DNA of 64,000 bases, taken from NCBI GenBank assembly GCA_963662285.2, contig CAXXMV010000002.1, positions 1,760,001 through 1,824,000 of the forward strand, read 5' to 3'. Under the pieces are notes generated by a model that saw only the letters and a list, made by a program, of their open reading frames with translations, searched no databases and was not told the origin of the DNA. How positions within the stretch are numbered: position 1 is the first letter of the stretch; each line of letters begins with the position of its first letter. This document shows, one piece after another, positions 29,564 through 39,698 of the stretch. Made by a program: the position numbers and the translations under genes. This stretch comes from a bacterium (GTDB lineage Bacteria > Hinthialibacterota > Hinthialibacteria > Hinthialibacterales > Hinthialibacteraceae).

Positions 29564-31075
29564 TTGGGCGGAATCACTGATCCTATTGTACTTTCCATTG
29601 ATATTGGAACTTCTTCCATACGTAGCCAGCTGTATGACGCAGCAGGCCGGGTGGTGGAGAATGCCGGCGGGCGGATTAAGTACGCTATGTCTAATACTGA
29701 TGACGGCGGCGCATTTATTGATCTAAATGAACTATGTGAAATGGTTTACAAGGTTATCGACGTTGCGGTTGATGATGCGCAACGGCTAGGCGTCTCCATC
29801 GCCGCCGTGGCCTGTTGCACCTTTTGGCATAGTCTGGCTGGCATCGACCATAACAACGATCCCTGTACTCCAATGATAAACTGGAATGATACCAGACCGG
29901 AAATTATCCTGGATGATTTACATAAACGGCTCGATGCTGATGCATACACCAGCCGCACCGGCTGCCCGGTGCACGCCAGTTATCACCCCGCTAAAATTAC
30001 ATGGATGCATCAATCCATGCCCGAAATCGCCTGTAAAGTGCGACACTGGATGTCTGCTGGCGAGTATCTGATGCACCAAATAACCGGACGACGCGCCTGT
30101 TCTTATTCAATGGCTTCAGCCACTGGATTGCTCGATTCCGCCAATCTGGTGTGGGATCAAGCCACCCTGGCGCAGATTCCCGCTGAGGTTGAAAATCTCT
30201 CTCCATTATGCGATGCGGGTGATGGAGTGCAGAACCTTACGCCGCAGTTCGCCCGACGCTGGCCTGCGTTGCAAAACGCCATCTGGCATCCGGCGCTGGG
30301 CGATGGAGCATGCAGCAATATCGGCTGCGGCGGCAGCGTCGCCGAACGGATGGCGGTTATGATCGGCACTTCCGGCGCCATGCGCATCGTATGGCGCGGC
30401 GAGTACCGCAAACCCCCGGCAGGACTTTGGTGCTACCGCGTTGACGGACAACGCCCCATTCAAGGCGGGGCGCTAAGCAATGGCGGCAACCTGTTCGGTT
30501 GGATGAAGGACGCTATCGATTTTTCGACTCAGGGAATTGATAAGAACCAATCCGAAGGCCTGCGGAAACTGGATCGTTTGCTGCATGAAGCAAAACCGGA
30601 TGGACATGGTTTGACCTTTCTGCCATTTCTGGCCGGGCAACGTAGTCCACGCTGGAATCCGCACAGCACCGGATCAATCCACGGTTTGCGGTTATCAACT
30701 AAACCAGCTGATATTGTTCAGGCCGGGCTGGAAGCGGTGGCTTACCGGTTCAAGATGATCCATGATCTGCTGAGCGGCGTAGTCTCAGAGGATCACTCGA
30801 TCATAGCGACCGGCGGGGGACTGCTGCAATCACCGGCCTGGGTGCAGATACTGGCTGATGTCCTGGGGCGAACGGTATATACTTCAACCATTACAGAAGC
30901 ATCATGCCGGGGCGCAGCATTGCTGGCGCTGGAGTCTCTGGGCGCCATTAATGACGTCGCAGAAATCGACGCCGGATTGGGCGATAAGGTTACGCCCGAC
31001 ATGGATGCGCATTTGATATATCAATCCGCATTGCAGCGCCATATTGATTTCGAGAACCGTTTGAGAAATGATTAA
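29564..31075 (+). CDS. gntK: Gluconokinase, FGGY carbohydrate kinase family
   Basis: IDIGTSS, CTFWHSL, RTGCPVH, SMASATGL, GDGACSNIG, GTSGAMR, GGALSNGG, LPFLAGQRSP. Confidence 0.88.
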   Translation: MGGITDPIVLSIDIGTSSIRSQLYDAAGRVVENAGGRIKYAMSNTDDGGAFIDLNELCEMVYKVIDVAVDDAQRLGVSIAAVACCTFWHSLAGIDHNNDPCTPMINWNDTRPEIILDDLHKRLDADAYTSRTGCPVHASYHPAKITWMHQSMPEIACKVRHWMSAGEYLMHQITGRRACSYSMASATGLLDSANLVWDQATLAQIPAEVENLSPLCDAGDGVQNLTPQFARRWPALQNAIWHPALGDGACSNIGCGGSVAERMAVMIGTSGAMRIVWRGEYRKPPAGLWCYRVDGQRPIQGGALSNGGNLFGWMKDAIDFSTQGIDKNQSEGLRKLDRLLHEAKPDGHGLTFLPFLAGQRSPRWNPHSTGSIHGLRLSTKPADIVQAGLEAVAYRFKMIHDLLSGVVSEDHSIIATGGGLLQSPAWVQILADVLGRTVYTSTITEASCRGAALLALESLGAINDVAEIDAGLGDKVTPDMDAHLIYQSALQRHIDFENRLRND

Positions 31076-31113
31076 TTCAAAATATTTCAATATACTTTTA
31101 TGTTTTCTACTCG

Positions 31114-33768
31114 TTAAATCACAATTTTTTTTATTTCGTTTGTATTTGGATTAAACAATGCAAATTCTGTTTCTCCTGGTATTTCTAAAAGGTCGTTATA
31201 GGCGATCAAAATTGAATCATCCCCAGAATCCCAATTTTTGTATTGTCCATTATAGACAAATCCATATTTATGATGATAAAAAAAATTAGAAACAAGAAAT
31301 TCTTTATTTGAGTTTTTTTGGTTTATACCAATTGATCCCGGAGCAATTATTTTAATTTCATCATCACTTACTATAATTTCATCTTGATCAGAAAATATAT
31401 CTTCTTCTCTCCCAACTTTTAAGCAATGATCTATATTAATAATCGCATCCCTCGATTGTGTAGTTAATTCATATTGAATCTCACTGTTTGCCAAATCTTC
31501 CATTTTCCTGACAACTCTTTTGAATATTTCTTCATCTAATAATCTAGAAGATAATCTTAAACTACCATAATTCTGATCTAAGAGACAGATGAATTTTTGA
31601 CCTTGACACAAGATTTCCTTACTTTTTTTTAATTTACCGAAACCGAAATTCAAATCATTACGCTCGAATGGAATTGTTAATAAGAAGGCTTCATACAAAA
31701 TATCTGAAAGCAAATTGTATTGAGCATAAGTCTCATCAAAAGATGGGTGAAACAAGAGAACTCCAGTTGTAAAGAATGTATTTGAAAAATATTTTTCTTT
31801 GTAATATAGGGATTGTTCGCCAGTTAATGGAAATGAGAATTTTTTTTCTTTATTTCCTCTCTTTTCTAAAAAACCTATGATTGTTTCATGAACTTGTAAA
31901 TCACATTCGATGAGAACCAGATCGTTATATCGAATACTTTGTTTTATTCTGGTATTATCTAAATTAGGATATATTTGAGTTGGCAGAATTATTGGTTTAG
32001 TAAAAATATATTTCTCTGGACGTACTTCAACCAAATGTTCTTTACGTCTTACTTTTGTGACACGGTAGGGTTTTGTTGCATAGTAATAAACTGCTCCAGG
32101 ATATGCTTCTCTCATAAGTTGTGAAAGAGATAAGTCTCCTTTGTCATCGTTATTCCCTGGCATATTTACTTTTATACGATATTGTTGACCTATATCTCTA
32201 AGTGGAAAAATAATATTAGGATTATCCGCACATTGAGATTTCATCATTTGGAGATTTGCTGGAATTGAACCCGATTCTTCTTTTTCACAAAGTTCTATAA
32301 ATCCTTTAGGCCATATAATTTGGCTCTTGAAATTTAGTTCTTTATCAAATCCAAGATAATCATTAACTTTTTGATGTTCGCCTTCTTGTCTACATAAACA
32401 CATAGCATGAATATATTGAATGTACTCATTTTCTAAATAAAGAGCACTTTCATTCAAAGGTAGATTTAATAAATTTTCAGGATTTCTGAAAACTGATTTT
32501 GAAGCAATAGTCTTATTATTAATTATTAAAACAGTACCTTTTTGTTTTCGTCCAATTCGCCCAATCCTCTGATAAAAGCTAGTTGATGAATAAGGTACGC
32601 CTACTAGAACCGCGATAGAAAGATTGGGAATATCTAATCCTAATTCTAATGCACTTGTACTAATAACACCAGAAATATCACCACAGGTTAGTTTTTTTTG
32701 GATTTCTTTACGGTCGTTTTCTTCATATCCCGCTCGATAAGGAAGAATTTCTAAATTGTTAATCGTTTGTTCTTTATCATATATTATAAATTCATCATCT
32801 AGTTCATTGGGTTCTCTATTAGTATGTTTTTGTGTACGAGATAAGATTGTCGAAATGTATTCAGTTTGTTTTCGGCTATCAACAAAAGTAATGAATTTTT
32901 TTGAAGTAGATTGGGAAATTTCACGTAGTAAATTTGAAATACTCGTCATTATGTCTGTTTCTTCTAGTGGATTGAGTAAATATATATCAATTGGGTATTG
33001 CGGAGACGCGTCGTACTTTGAATCGATAATAAGGAAAGATATTCCAAAAAGATTTTGAAGGTGGATTTCAGGGTTACTAATAGTAGCGGAAGCTGTGATA
33101 TATTTATACTTTGAATTTAACATATTCAAGAAATGGTTAAGACGACGAAACAAAAAAGAAGAATTACTACCAAAAACACCACTGTAATGGTGAACCTCAT
33201 CAACGACCACAATCTCAAGGTTTTGTAGGAAATTAATAACCGTAGGATCAGAAATATTTCGGAATAACCAAGCGTGAATTATATCAGGTGTCATTATCAA
33301 AACATTGGATGTTTTTAATATATTGAGTCGCTCTTGCATATTTATATTACCATCAATTCTACCTGCTTTCATATTTAAACTGCTTTTATTCAAAAATTCT
33401 TGCCAACGCTCAGTTTGTTCAAATCCCAAAGATTTTAAAGGATAAATAGCGAGGATTCTTGCTTTTGGATTCTGTATTAGTCTCTCAATGGACAGAATGT
33501 AAAAAATTAAACTTTTGCCTGATGCAGTACTAGTTGATATGCAAATGTTATTGCCATCTTTAAATTTCTTAATGGCATATGCTTGATGAAGGAATAATCC
33601 ATCAGGAAAGAGAGATGATAAATTTTGGCAAATGTTTTCTGATATATCGCTTTGATCAAAAGGAAAATACTTAGGCCATTTTTTACCAATAGATAAAGTG
33701 TGGGTTATTTGATAATCATGTTTTAGGATGATTTTTTTAATGTCGTTTATTGAGTTTTCCATTATCAT
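31114..33768 (-). CDS. SF2 DEAD/DEAH-box DNA helicase, YprA/MrfA/Hrq1-like, in a markedly AT-rich gene
   Basis: FLHQ, TSTASGKS, IYPLKSL, TPDIIH, DEVH.YSGVFGS, SATI, FVDSRK, YRAGY, STSALELGLDI, QRIGRIGR. Confidence 0.88.
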   Translation of the reverse strand: MIMENSINDIKKIILKHDYQITHTLSIGKKWPKYFPFDQSDISENICQNLSSLFPDGLFLHQAYAIKKFKDGNNICISTSTASGKSLIFYILSIERLIQNPKARILAIYPLKSLGFEQTERWQEFLNKSSLNMKAGRIDGNINMQERLNILKTSNVLIMTPDIIHAWLFRNISDPTVINFLQNLEIVVVDEVHHYSGVFGSNSSFLFRRLNHFLNMLNSKYKYITASATISNPEIHLQNLFGISFLIIDSKYDASPQYPIDIYLLNPLEETDIMTSISNLLREISQSTSKKFITFVDSRKQTEYISTILSRTQKHTNREPNELDDEFIIYDKEQTINNLEILPYRAGYEENDRKEIQKKLTCGDISGVISTSALELGLDIPNLSIAVLVGVPYSSTSFYQRIGRIGRKQKGTVLIINNKTIASKSVFRNPENLLNLPLNESALYLENEYIQYIHAMCLCRQEGEHQKVNDYLGFDKELNFKSQIIWPKGFIELCEKEESGSIPANLQMMKSQCADNPNIIFPLRDIGQQYRIKVNMPGNNDDKGDLSLSQLMREAYPGAVYYYATKPYRVTKVRRKEHLVEVRPEKYIFTKPIILPTQIYPNLDNTRIKQSIRYNDLVLIECDLQVHETIIGFLEKRGNKEKKFSFPLTGEQSLYYKEKYFSNTFFTTGVLLFHPSFDETYAQYNLLSDILYEAFLLTIPFERNDLNFGFGKLKKSKEILCQGQKFICLLDQNYGSLRLSSRLLDEEIFKRVVRKMEDLANSEIQYELTTQSRDAIINIDHCLKVGREEDIFSDQDEIIVSDDEIKIIAPGSIGINQKNSNKEFLVSNFFYHHKYGFVYNGQYKNWDSGDDSILIAYNDLLEIPGETEFALFNPNTNEIKKIVI

Positions 33769-34059
33769 GGCCCTTATCAGTACAATTTACAATACTGTTT
33801 TGGTTGGGAATACAATTATTACAATCTTCTTTCCTATTGATTAATAAACAGGTGGATTGTTATGTATCAATACATTTTATATAAATATCAAATATATTGA
33901 TATGTGTCAATAGTGTAAATAGATTATTATTGCTGAATTAGCTAAATTATTATGGTATGTTGCATCTTAGAGTATTGGGAGATTTAATGAATAAATATTC
34001 ATGAGGTCAAAGTACTTCCCCTCCACGACAAATGAAGTTGCTGTTGGTATAATGCATCC

Positions 34060-35286
34060 ATGGAAATCATCATTGATACAGTTAATATAGGGAAATGCTA
34101 TCGCATCTATAGCCACCCGCTGCACCGGATCAGGGAATTCTGTGGTCTGGGGAGGAATTTGCATCGTCAGTTCTGGGCGTTGCGCAACGTTAGTTTACAA
34201 ATCCCCAGGGGAACGGCTTTTGGCATTATCGGTTCCAATGGGGCTGGTAAATCCACCCTTTTGAAACTACTGTCGGGCATATCTCATCCTACTGAAGGAA
34301 GCCTGAAAGTGCGGGGATCAGTGGCATCGATCCTTGAACTGGGGGCTGGTTTTCATCCCGATTTTTCCGGTAGGAACAATGTATTCCTCAATTGCGCCTT
34401 GCAGGGATTCACCCGCGAAGAAGCGGCGGCGCTGATTCCTGATATTGTCGAGTTTTCCGAACTGGGGAATTTTATCGATCAATCGGTAAGAACCTATTCG
34501 ACGGGAATGTATTTACGGCTGGCCTTTGCGGTGGCGACGGCGGTTGATCCTGAAGTGCTGATCGTAGATGAAGCGTTATCGGTGGGTGATGAATATTTCC
34601 GCAATAAATGCCTGGATCGGATGAATGAATATAAACAAAGCGGCAAAACCATCCTGATGGTTTCACATGACCTGGCTACAGTACGCCATTTCTGTTCTCA
34701 GGTTGCATTAATGGATGGCGGCGTTCTCAAAGCGGTGGGTATGCCGGATGAGGTTTTGGATCAATATCTGGAGATGTCGCATAAGGATAAACTTGACCGG
34801 GTGCAACAGCCCATATCTTCTGATGGAAGCCCGCGGTGGGGTTCGGGAGAGGTGGCCGCCAGCCGCGTCATCATGATGAATAATGATGGCGTCGAGCAAA
34901 CCCTTTTTGATACGGGCGATGCTGTTAGGATACAAACGGACTATACAGTTAAGTCTCCCGTTAAAGGGGTTGTATTTGGATATCAGATTTTCCGTGCGGA
35001 TGGCGCTTATGTTCACGGTTCAAATCATTACTGGCATGAGCAGAAAACGGCTTTGGATTTTGATCATGCTGGAGAAGAACATAGCGTAATATGCGATATC
35101 CCCCGGCTGCCTTTACTGAAGGGACAGTATTATCTGACGCTTTGTTGCTATAATCGCTTCAATGGATTTCCACAACCAGTGGATCATTGGGAGCGGGCCT
35201 ATGCTTTCACCGTGAGCGAACGGGTAAGCGATCAACACGGAATATGCGCAATAGATACGCATTGGACATTTTCAAAAGGGGATTGA
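34060..35286 (+). CDS. wzt: Polysaccharide ABC exporter ATP-binding subunit with Wzt C-terminal domain
   Basis: FWALRNVS, GSNGAGKSTLL, ELGAGFHP, YSTGMYLRLAFA, DEALSVGD, then RWGSGE...LLKGQY Wzt_C domain. Confidence 0.92.
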   Translation: MEIIIDTVNIGKCYRIYSHPLHRIREFCGLGRNLHRQFWALRNVSLQIPRGTAFGIIGSNGAGKSTLLKLLSGISHPTEGSLKVRGSVASILELGAGFHPDFSGRNNVFLNCALQGFTREEAAALIPDIVEFSELGNFIDQSVRTYSTGMYLRLAFAVATAVDPEVLIVDEALSVGDEYFRNKCLDRMNEYKQSGKTILMVSHDLATVRHFCSQVALMDGGVLKAVGMPDEVLDQYLEMSHKDKLDRVQQPISSDGSPRWGSGEVAASRVIMMNNDGVEQTLFDTGDAVRIQTDYTVKSPVKGVVFGYQIFRADGAYVHGSNHYWHEQKTALDFDHAGEEHSVICDIPRLPLLKGQYYLTLCCYNRFNGFPQPVDHWERAYAFTVSERVSDQHGICAIDTHWTFSKGD

Positions 35287-35296
35287 TGTTCTCAGC

Positions 35297-37792
35297 ATGA
35301 ACGATCAAAGTATAACACTAAAATCAAAAGAACTCGACAGCCGTTATGATGAAGGCTATTTTCACGGCTCTGGCAGTGGGTATGGCGCAGAGGGCTACCA
35401 GAACGAATACGCTGATTGGAGCGGTTTGATCGAATGGATTAAATCGAAAATTAGAGGTTCGGTGCGCTGGTTGGATATTGGCTGCGCTTATGGCTACCTG
35501 GTCGAACAGGCCCGTATTCTCGATGTAGAAGCTTATGGCGTTGATATAAGTTCTTTCGCGCTCAGGCAGGAAAAATCAGTAAGAGATTATCTGATTCAGG
35601 GCTTGGCCGATGCTATTCCTTTTGTTGAAGATTCTTTCGATGTCATTTCGTTGTTTGATCTTATTGAACATGTAGAGAATCCCGGCTTGGTTTTGGATCA
35701 GGTGGAAAAGGTGCTGAAGCATGAGGGATTCTGCTTTTTATCGACTCCGGATCCGCTCAAATTCTCCCGTGAAGAACCAACTCATATTCATGAGAGACCT
35801 CCTTCGTTTTGGGTGCGCCTGTTTCAGCAGAGAGGTTGGTATGTTGCTCTGCGCTTCGGCGGTAGTGAATATGAATTTGAATTAATGGCCACCCGCAATC
35901 CCGGCGCCGACTGGGATGAATTCAAACATGATTATCAAAAACTGAATTGTGAATTAATAGATTGTATAGATGCCAGTGGAGAGCATTTAGAAGTCGCTCC
36001 ACGCATCTCCAGCGCCAAGGCGACTATCAGCGAGGAAGCCAGCCTTTATATTCTGAATTCCTCTGATGAACCGCAATACTTTACATTTTCTGCGGCCACT
36101 AAGGGTGAGCAGCATCCCGACCTGTTTGTCGGCGACCTGAAGCTGCGTTATCGATGCACTGAACCGGAAGATGGCCGCTTTTCCCATAAGTGGGGTGCAA
36201 TTCCCCTGGCGCCCGGCGGACATAATTTAAGCATCCGGGCGGCTGGCGAACCTATCACCTTTGAAAAGATTATTATCGATGCAACGCCCTATGACCGGGA
36301 CCGTTTTCTGGAAGAGCTGCCTTTTGATCACTATCAGCGTTATCAGATCGTCTCATCGCTATTGAATCAATTTAACGGCGAATCCCTATCAGTATTGGAT
36401 ATAGGCGGCGTATTGGGTTATCTACAGCTATTTACGCCGCAGCACCAAGTGACGGTGCTGGATCGCACCTGGGAAGATACCGCTCAATCATTACAATATG
36501 ACGACGACCATGCGCCGTTTGATGACCTCAGTTTTGATGTGGTTATCGCGGTCGATACGCTAGAGCATGTCCCTCAAGATAAGCGTGAAAAATTTGTGGC
36601 CGAATTAGGTCGATTGGCGCGTAGATCGATTATTCTATGCGGTCCATTTGATGAACCGGAGGTGGCTGAAACTGAAGCGGCGCTGCGTGATTATCTGACT
36701 GGTAAATTAAACCGTTCAGACCGCTTTCTGGATGAACACGCTCTGTATGGTCTGCCCAATTGTAATGCAACCTTGAATCAGATAGAGCAGCAGGGATTTC
36801 AGATCGCCGAATTTCCCAATGGGTATCTGCCGCGCTGGCTGGCCATGCAGATGGCTACCTTTGCTTTGAGCGGCAGCCCTGAATTAGCTGAAGGATCGCG
36901 GCAACTTAACTCTTTATACAATCGCTATTATTTCGCGCATGACAATAGAAACCCCTCATACCGGATTCTGGTGGCCGCCTTCCGTGATGAGATTCCTGAA
37001 AGGATTCGCATCGAAGGACGCCATAAAGAATATGAAGATCCTTCGGCTATGTGGCCGGTAGCCAGTTTGATCTCATCATTGTCGATGACTGGCGTCTTGC
37101 AAGAGAAGGATGCATTGTTGGTCAACCAGGGGCAGCGTTTGGAGAGTTTTCTGGCTCATCTCAGTAATCTTGAAAAAGATATTATTGAGCGCGACCGTCA
37201 TGCCGCCAATCTGGATGAACTGTTGAAGAAACAGACTGTCAGATTGGATGACCTGCAAAAACATGGCGACAATCTTGAAACATTGTTGAATGAGCAGAAG
37301 CAGGAACGCAAAAATTTAGAGCAACTTCTGGAAAAGATGCAATCTCAAAATGAAAAACTCATCTTGCATGGTTCCAATTTGGAACAACGCGAAAAAGAAC
37401 TGCACGATATGCTAACATCGCTGCAGCAGCATAGCGATAACTTGGAAAACATGCTGAGTGAAAATCAAAAACATACCCTTAATTTGGATAATCTGCTGAA
37501 CGAAAATCGAAAACATACCCGTAATTTGGAAAATATGCAAAAAGATCAGGAATTAAATTTCTTGAAAGTCATTCCCAAATTGGGATTGAAGCCCGTCAAC
37601 TCGATAGCAGATGGTCTGCCGCATATAGAGTCACGGGTAAAAAGTTTAGTAGATGATAACCAGGCATTGGCGGCGGATAATCAAAAATTGTATGATGATC
37701 TCGAGACTATAGCCAGTACTCGCGTATATCGTTTCATGAGAAAACTGGGGTGGTCGCCGTTTAAGAAGCAAAAGGAGTCAACTGAAGAATGA
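35297..37792 (+). CDS. Double SAM-methyltransferase with C-terminal coiled coil (WbdD-like glycan capping or chain-length protein)
   Basis: WLDIGCAYG..FDLIEHV and VLDIGGVLG..VDTLEHV domains; repeated HxxNL coiled coil; amphipathic tail YRFMRKLGW. Confidence 0.75.
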   Translation: MNDQSITLKSKELDSRYDEGYFHGSGSGYGAEGYQNEYADWSGLIEWIKSKIRGSVRWLDIGCAYGYLVEQARILDVEAYGVDISSFALRQEKSVRDYLIQGLADAIPFVEDSFDVISLFDLIEHVENPGLVLDQVEKVLKHEGFCFLSTPDPLKFSREEPTHIHERPPSFWVRLFQQRGWYVALRFGGSEYEFELMATRNPGADWDEFKHDYQKLNCELIDCIDASGEHLEVAPRISSAKATISEEASLYILNSSDEPQYFTFSAATKGEQHPDLFVGDLKLRYRCTEPEDGRFSHKWGAIPLAPGGHNLSIRAAGEPITFEKIIIDATPYDRDRFLEELPFDHYQRYQIVSSLLNQFNGESLSVLDIGGVLGYLQLFTPQHQVTVLDRTWEDTAQSLQYDDDHAPFDDLSFDVVIAVDTLEHVPQDKREKFVAELGRLARRSIILCGPFDEPEVAETEAALRDYLTGKLNRSDRFLDEHALYGLPNCNATLNQIEQQGFQIAEFPNGYLPRWLAMQMATFALSGSPELAEGSRQLNSLYNRYYFAHDNRNPSYRILVAAFRDEIPERIRIEGRHKEYEDPSAMWPVASLISSLSMTGVLQEKDALLVNQGQRLESFLAHLSNLEKDIIERDRHAANLDELLKKQTVRLDDLQKHGDNLETLLNEQKQERKNLEQLLEKMQSQNEKLILHGSNLEQREKELHDMLTSLQQHSDNLENMLSENQKHTLNLDNLLNENRKHTRNLENMQKDQELNFLKVIPKLGLKPVNSIADGLPHIESRVKSLVDDNQALAADNQKLYDDLETIASTRVYRFMRKLGWSPFKKQKESTEE

Positions 37793-39582
37793 AAGTGCTT
37801 CAGGTGATTCACGATTTCCTGCCCAGGCATCAGGCTGGTTCGGAATTGTACTGTTTTCATTTAAGCCTTGAATTAAAAAAACTTGGTCATGACGTACGCA
37901 TGTTTTATAGTGAAATTGATCATGAGCAGCCTTCCTTTTCCATCCGCCGGGGAGAATATCAGGGGTTGCCATTTTGGGAGATGGTCAATAATCACGGCTA
38001 TAGAAATTTCGAAGAGACCTACCTGAACCCCCAAGTGGATCATGCCTTTGCTCAATGTCTGGATGAGTTTAAGCCGGATGTGGTTCATTATCAGCATCTA
38101 CTGGGATTGTCTTACGGATGCATTGCGCTGTGTAAAGAGCGCGGCATCCCCGTGGTGTTTACTCTGCATGATTATTGGTTGACCTGCCCGCGAGGCGGGG
38201 GGCAGCGTTTTTGCGGAGAGGGTAAGGTATGCAATGAGGTTGATTCAGATTCGTGCGCCTCATGCATATCCGGTTATTCCTTCGGCGCATCAAGAGGAAG
38301 AGGACTAGTTAAAAGAATACTGTCTCTGATCGAAAACCGGAAAGATGACGGGCTTGTCTCTGTTATGCGTAAAGGTCGCATTGAAGCGCCCAAGAGATCA
38401 TTTGTAAAACCGGGTCAATGCATGATTGGAAACGATAAACGCGATGTTATATTCGCGCATCCACCTGCCAGTATATCATTTCAATGCGATGTCGGCGCTA
38501 AAGCCGTCTTGACTTTCGCTGTAGCCATGGACCCTGGAACCTACGAACAATCCGGCGATGGAGTGCGCTTTATCGTTCGTTGCGACGATGTTGTGATATA
38601 TGATCGCTGTTTGAATCCAAAACAGAACCAGGATGACCGGGGATGGCATGATGAAATAGTATCGCTCGATAAATTCGTTGGAGAGCAACGGCGTTTTGTG
38701 TTTGAAACTCAAGCCCACCCATCGGGAGTGATTGATTTCTGCACCGCCTGTTGGGCTGAACCGAAACTGGTCTGCCAGGACAAGCATGTTTACCGGGAGT
38801 CACTGAAATCGAAATTCCAGAAGCAGGCCGAAGGTATATTAAATTATCTGCAACACAGACCCTTAAAGAAGCAAGCTGAAAAGAGGCGCCGCCGTACTCT
38901 GGAACTTTTCGCTGATGTGGATTTATTCATCGCGCCATCGAAATTCCTGCGGGAAAAATTTATGCAGTTTGGCATGAATCCTGATAAGATCATTTTTTCG
39001 GATTATGGCATTGACGCGCAAGGCTACAATTCAACCTATCAAAAACCCGAAACTCCCATCCGCTTTTCTTTTATCGGAACGCTTGTGGTTCATAAAGGAT
39101 TGCATGTGCTGATAGAGGCCTTCAACCGTCTGCCGCATGATTCCGCGATTCTCAATGTCTATGGCGATACGGGTGAATTCACCGATTATGTCAAGCGTAT
39201 CAAATCAATGATCGGCCATCCGGGAATCCGGTTGAAGGGCAGGGCGGAGAATCATGATATACCGGATATTCTGGCGCAAACTGATGCTTTGATCGTGCCC
39301 TCAATCTGGTTCGAAAATTCTCCCATTACCATACACGAAGCCTTCCTGGCTCAAACTCCGGTGATAACATCGCGTTTCGGCGGGATGGCTGATCTGGTGC
39401 AGGATGGTTGCAACGGGATACTGTTCAAGATGGGCGATCCGGATTCGTTGTACCGCGCTTTGCTCAAATGCGTCGAACAACCTGAGTATCTCGAATCAAT
39501 CCGTCCCGATCCACTCAGCGTTAAAACAATTGAGTCGGACTCTGAGTGGATGGAAAAAACTTACCGCGAATTGATAAAGTAA
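37789..39582 (+). CDS. GT4 glycosyltransferase with an inserted beta-sandwich module
   Basis: MKVLQVIHDFLP..GSE, TLHDYWL.CP, IAPSKF, HKGL, PSIWFENSP..EA; extra ~130 aa AHPPASI..DGVRF..GW..VFET..WAEP. Confidence 0.85.
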   Translation: MKVLQVIHDFLPRHQAGSELYCFHLSLELKKLGHDVRMFYSEIDHEQPSFSIRRGEYQGLPFWEMVNNHGYRNFEETYLNPQVDHAFAQCLDEFKPDVVHYQHLLGLSYGCIALCKERGIPVVFTLHDYWLTCPRGGGQRFCGEGKVCNEVDSDSCASCISGYSFGASRGRGLVKRILSLIENRKDDGLVSVMRKGRIEAPKRSFVKPGQCMIGNDKRDVIFAHPPASISFQCDVGAKAVLTFAVAMDPGTYEQSGDGVRFIVRCDDVVIYDRCLNPKQNQDDRGWHDEIVSLDKFVGEQRRFVFETQAHPSGVIDFCTACWAEPKLVCQDKHVYRESLKSKFQKQAEGILNYLQHRPLKKQAEKRRRRTLELFADVDLFIAPSKFLREKFMQFGMNPDKIIFSDYGIDAQGYNSTYQKPETPIRFSFIGTLVVHKGLHVLIEAFNRLPHDSAILNVYGDTGEFTDYVKRIKSMIGHPGIRLKGRAENHDIPDILAQTDALIVPSIWFENSPITIHEAFLAQTPVITSRFGGMADLVQDGCNGILFKMGDPDSLYRALLKCVEQPEYLESIRPDPLSVKTIESDSEWMEKTYRELIK

Positions 39583-39597
39583 ATCCGCAATAAATTC

Positions 39598-39696
39598 GTA
39601 GGATGGGACAAAGCAAAAAAAACTATCGGTGTTTAATCCGCCACAGCAGCGTGTCCCATCGGTATACAATCAACACCATAGCAGCGTGTCCCATCG
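39598..39696 (+). repeat. REP-like family B long copy with duplicated right arm
   Basis: gtaggatgggacaaagc...agcagcgtgtcccatc, then a second agcagcgtgtcccatcg at 39680-39696. Confidence 0.8.
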
Positions 39697-39698
39697 AA

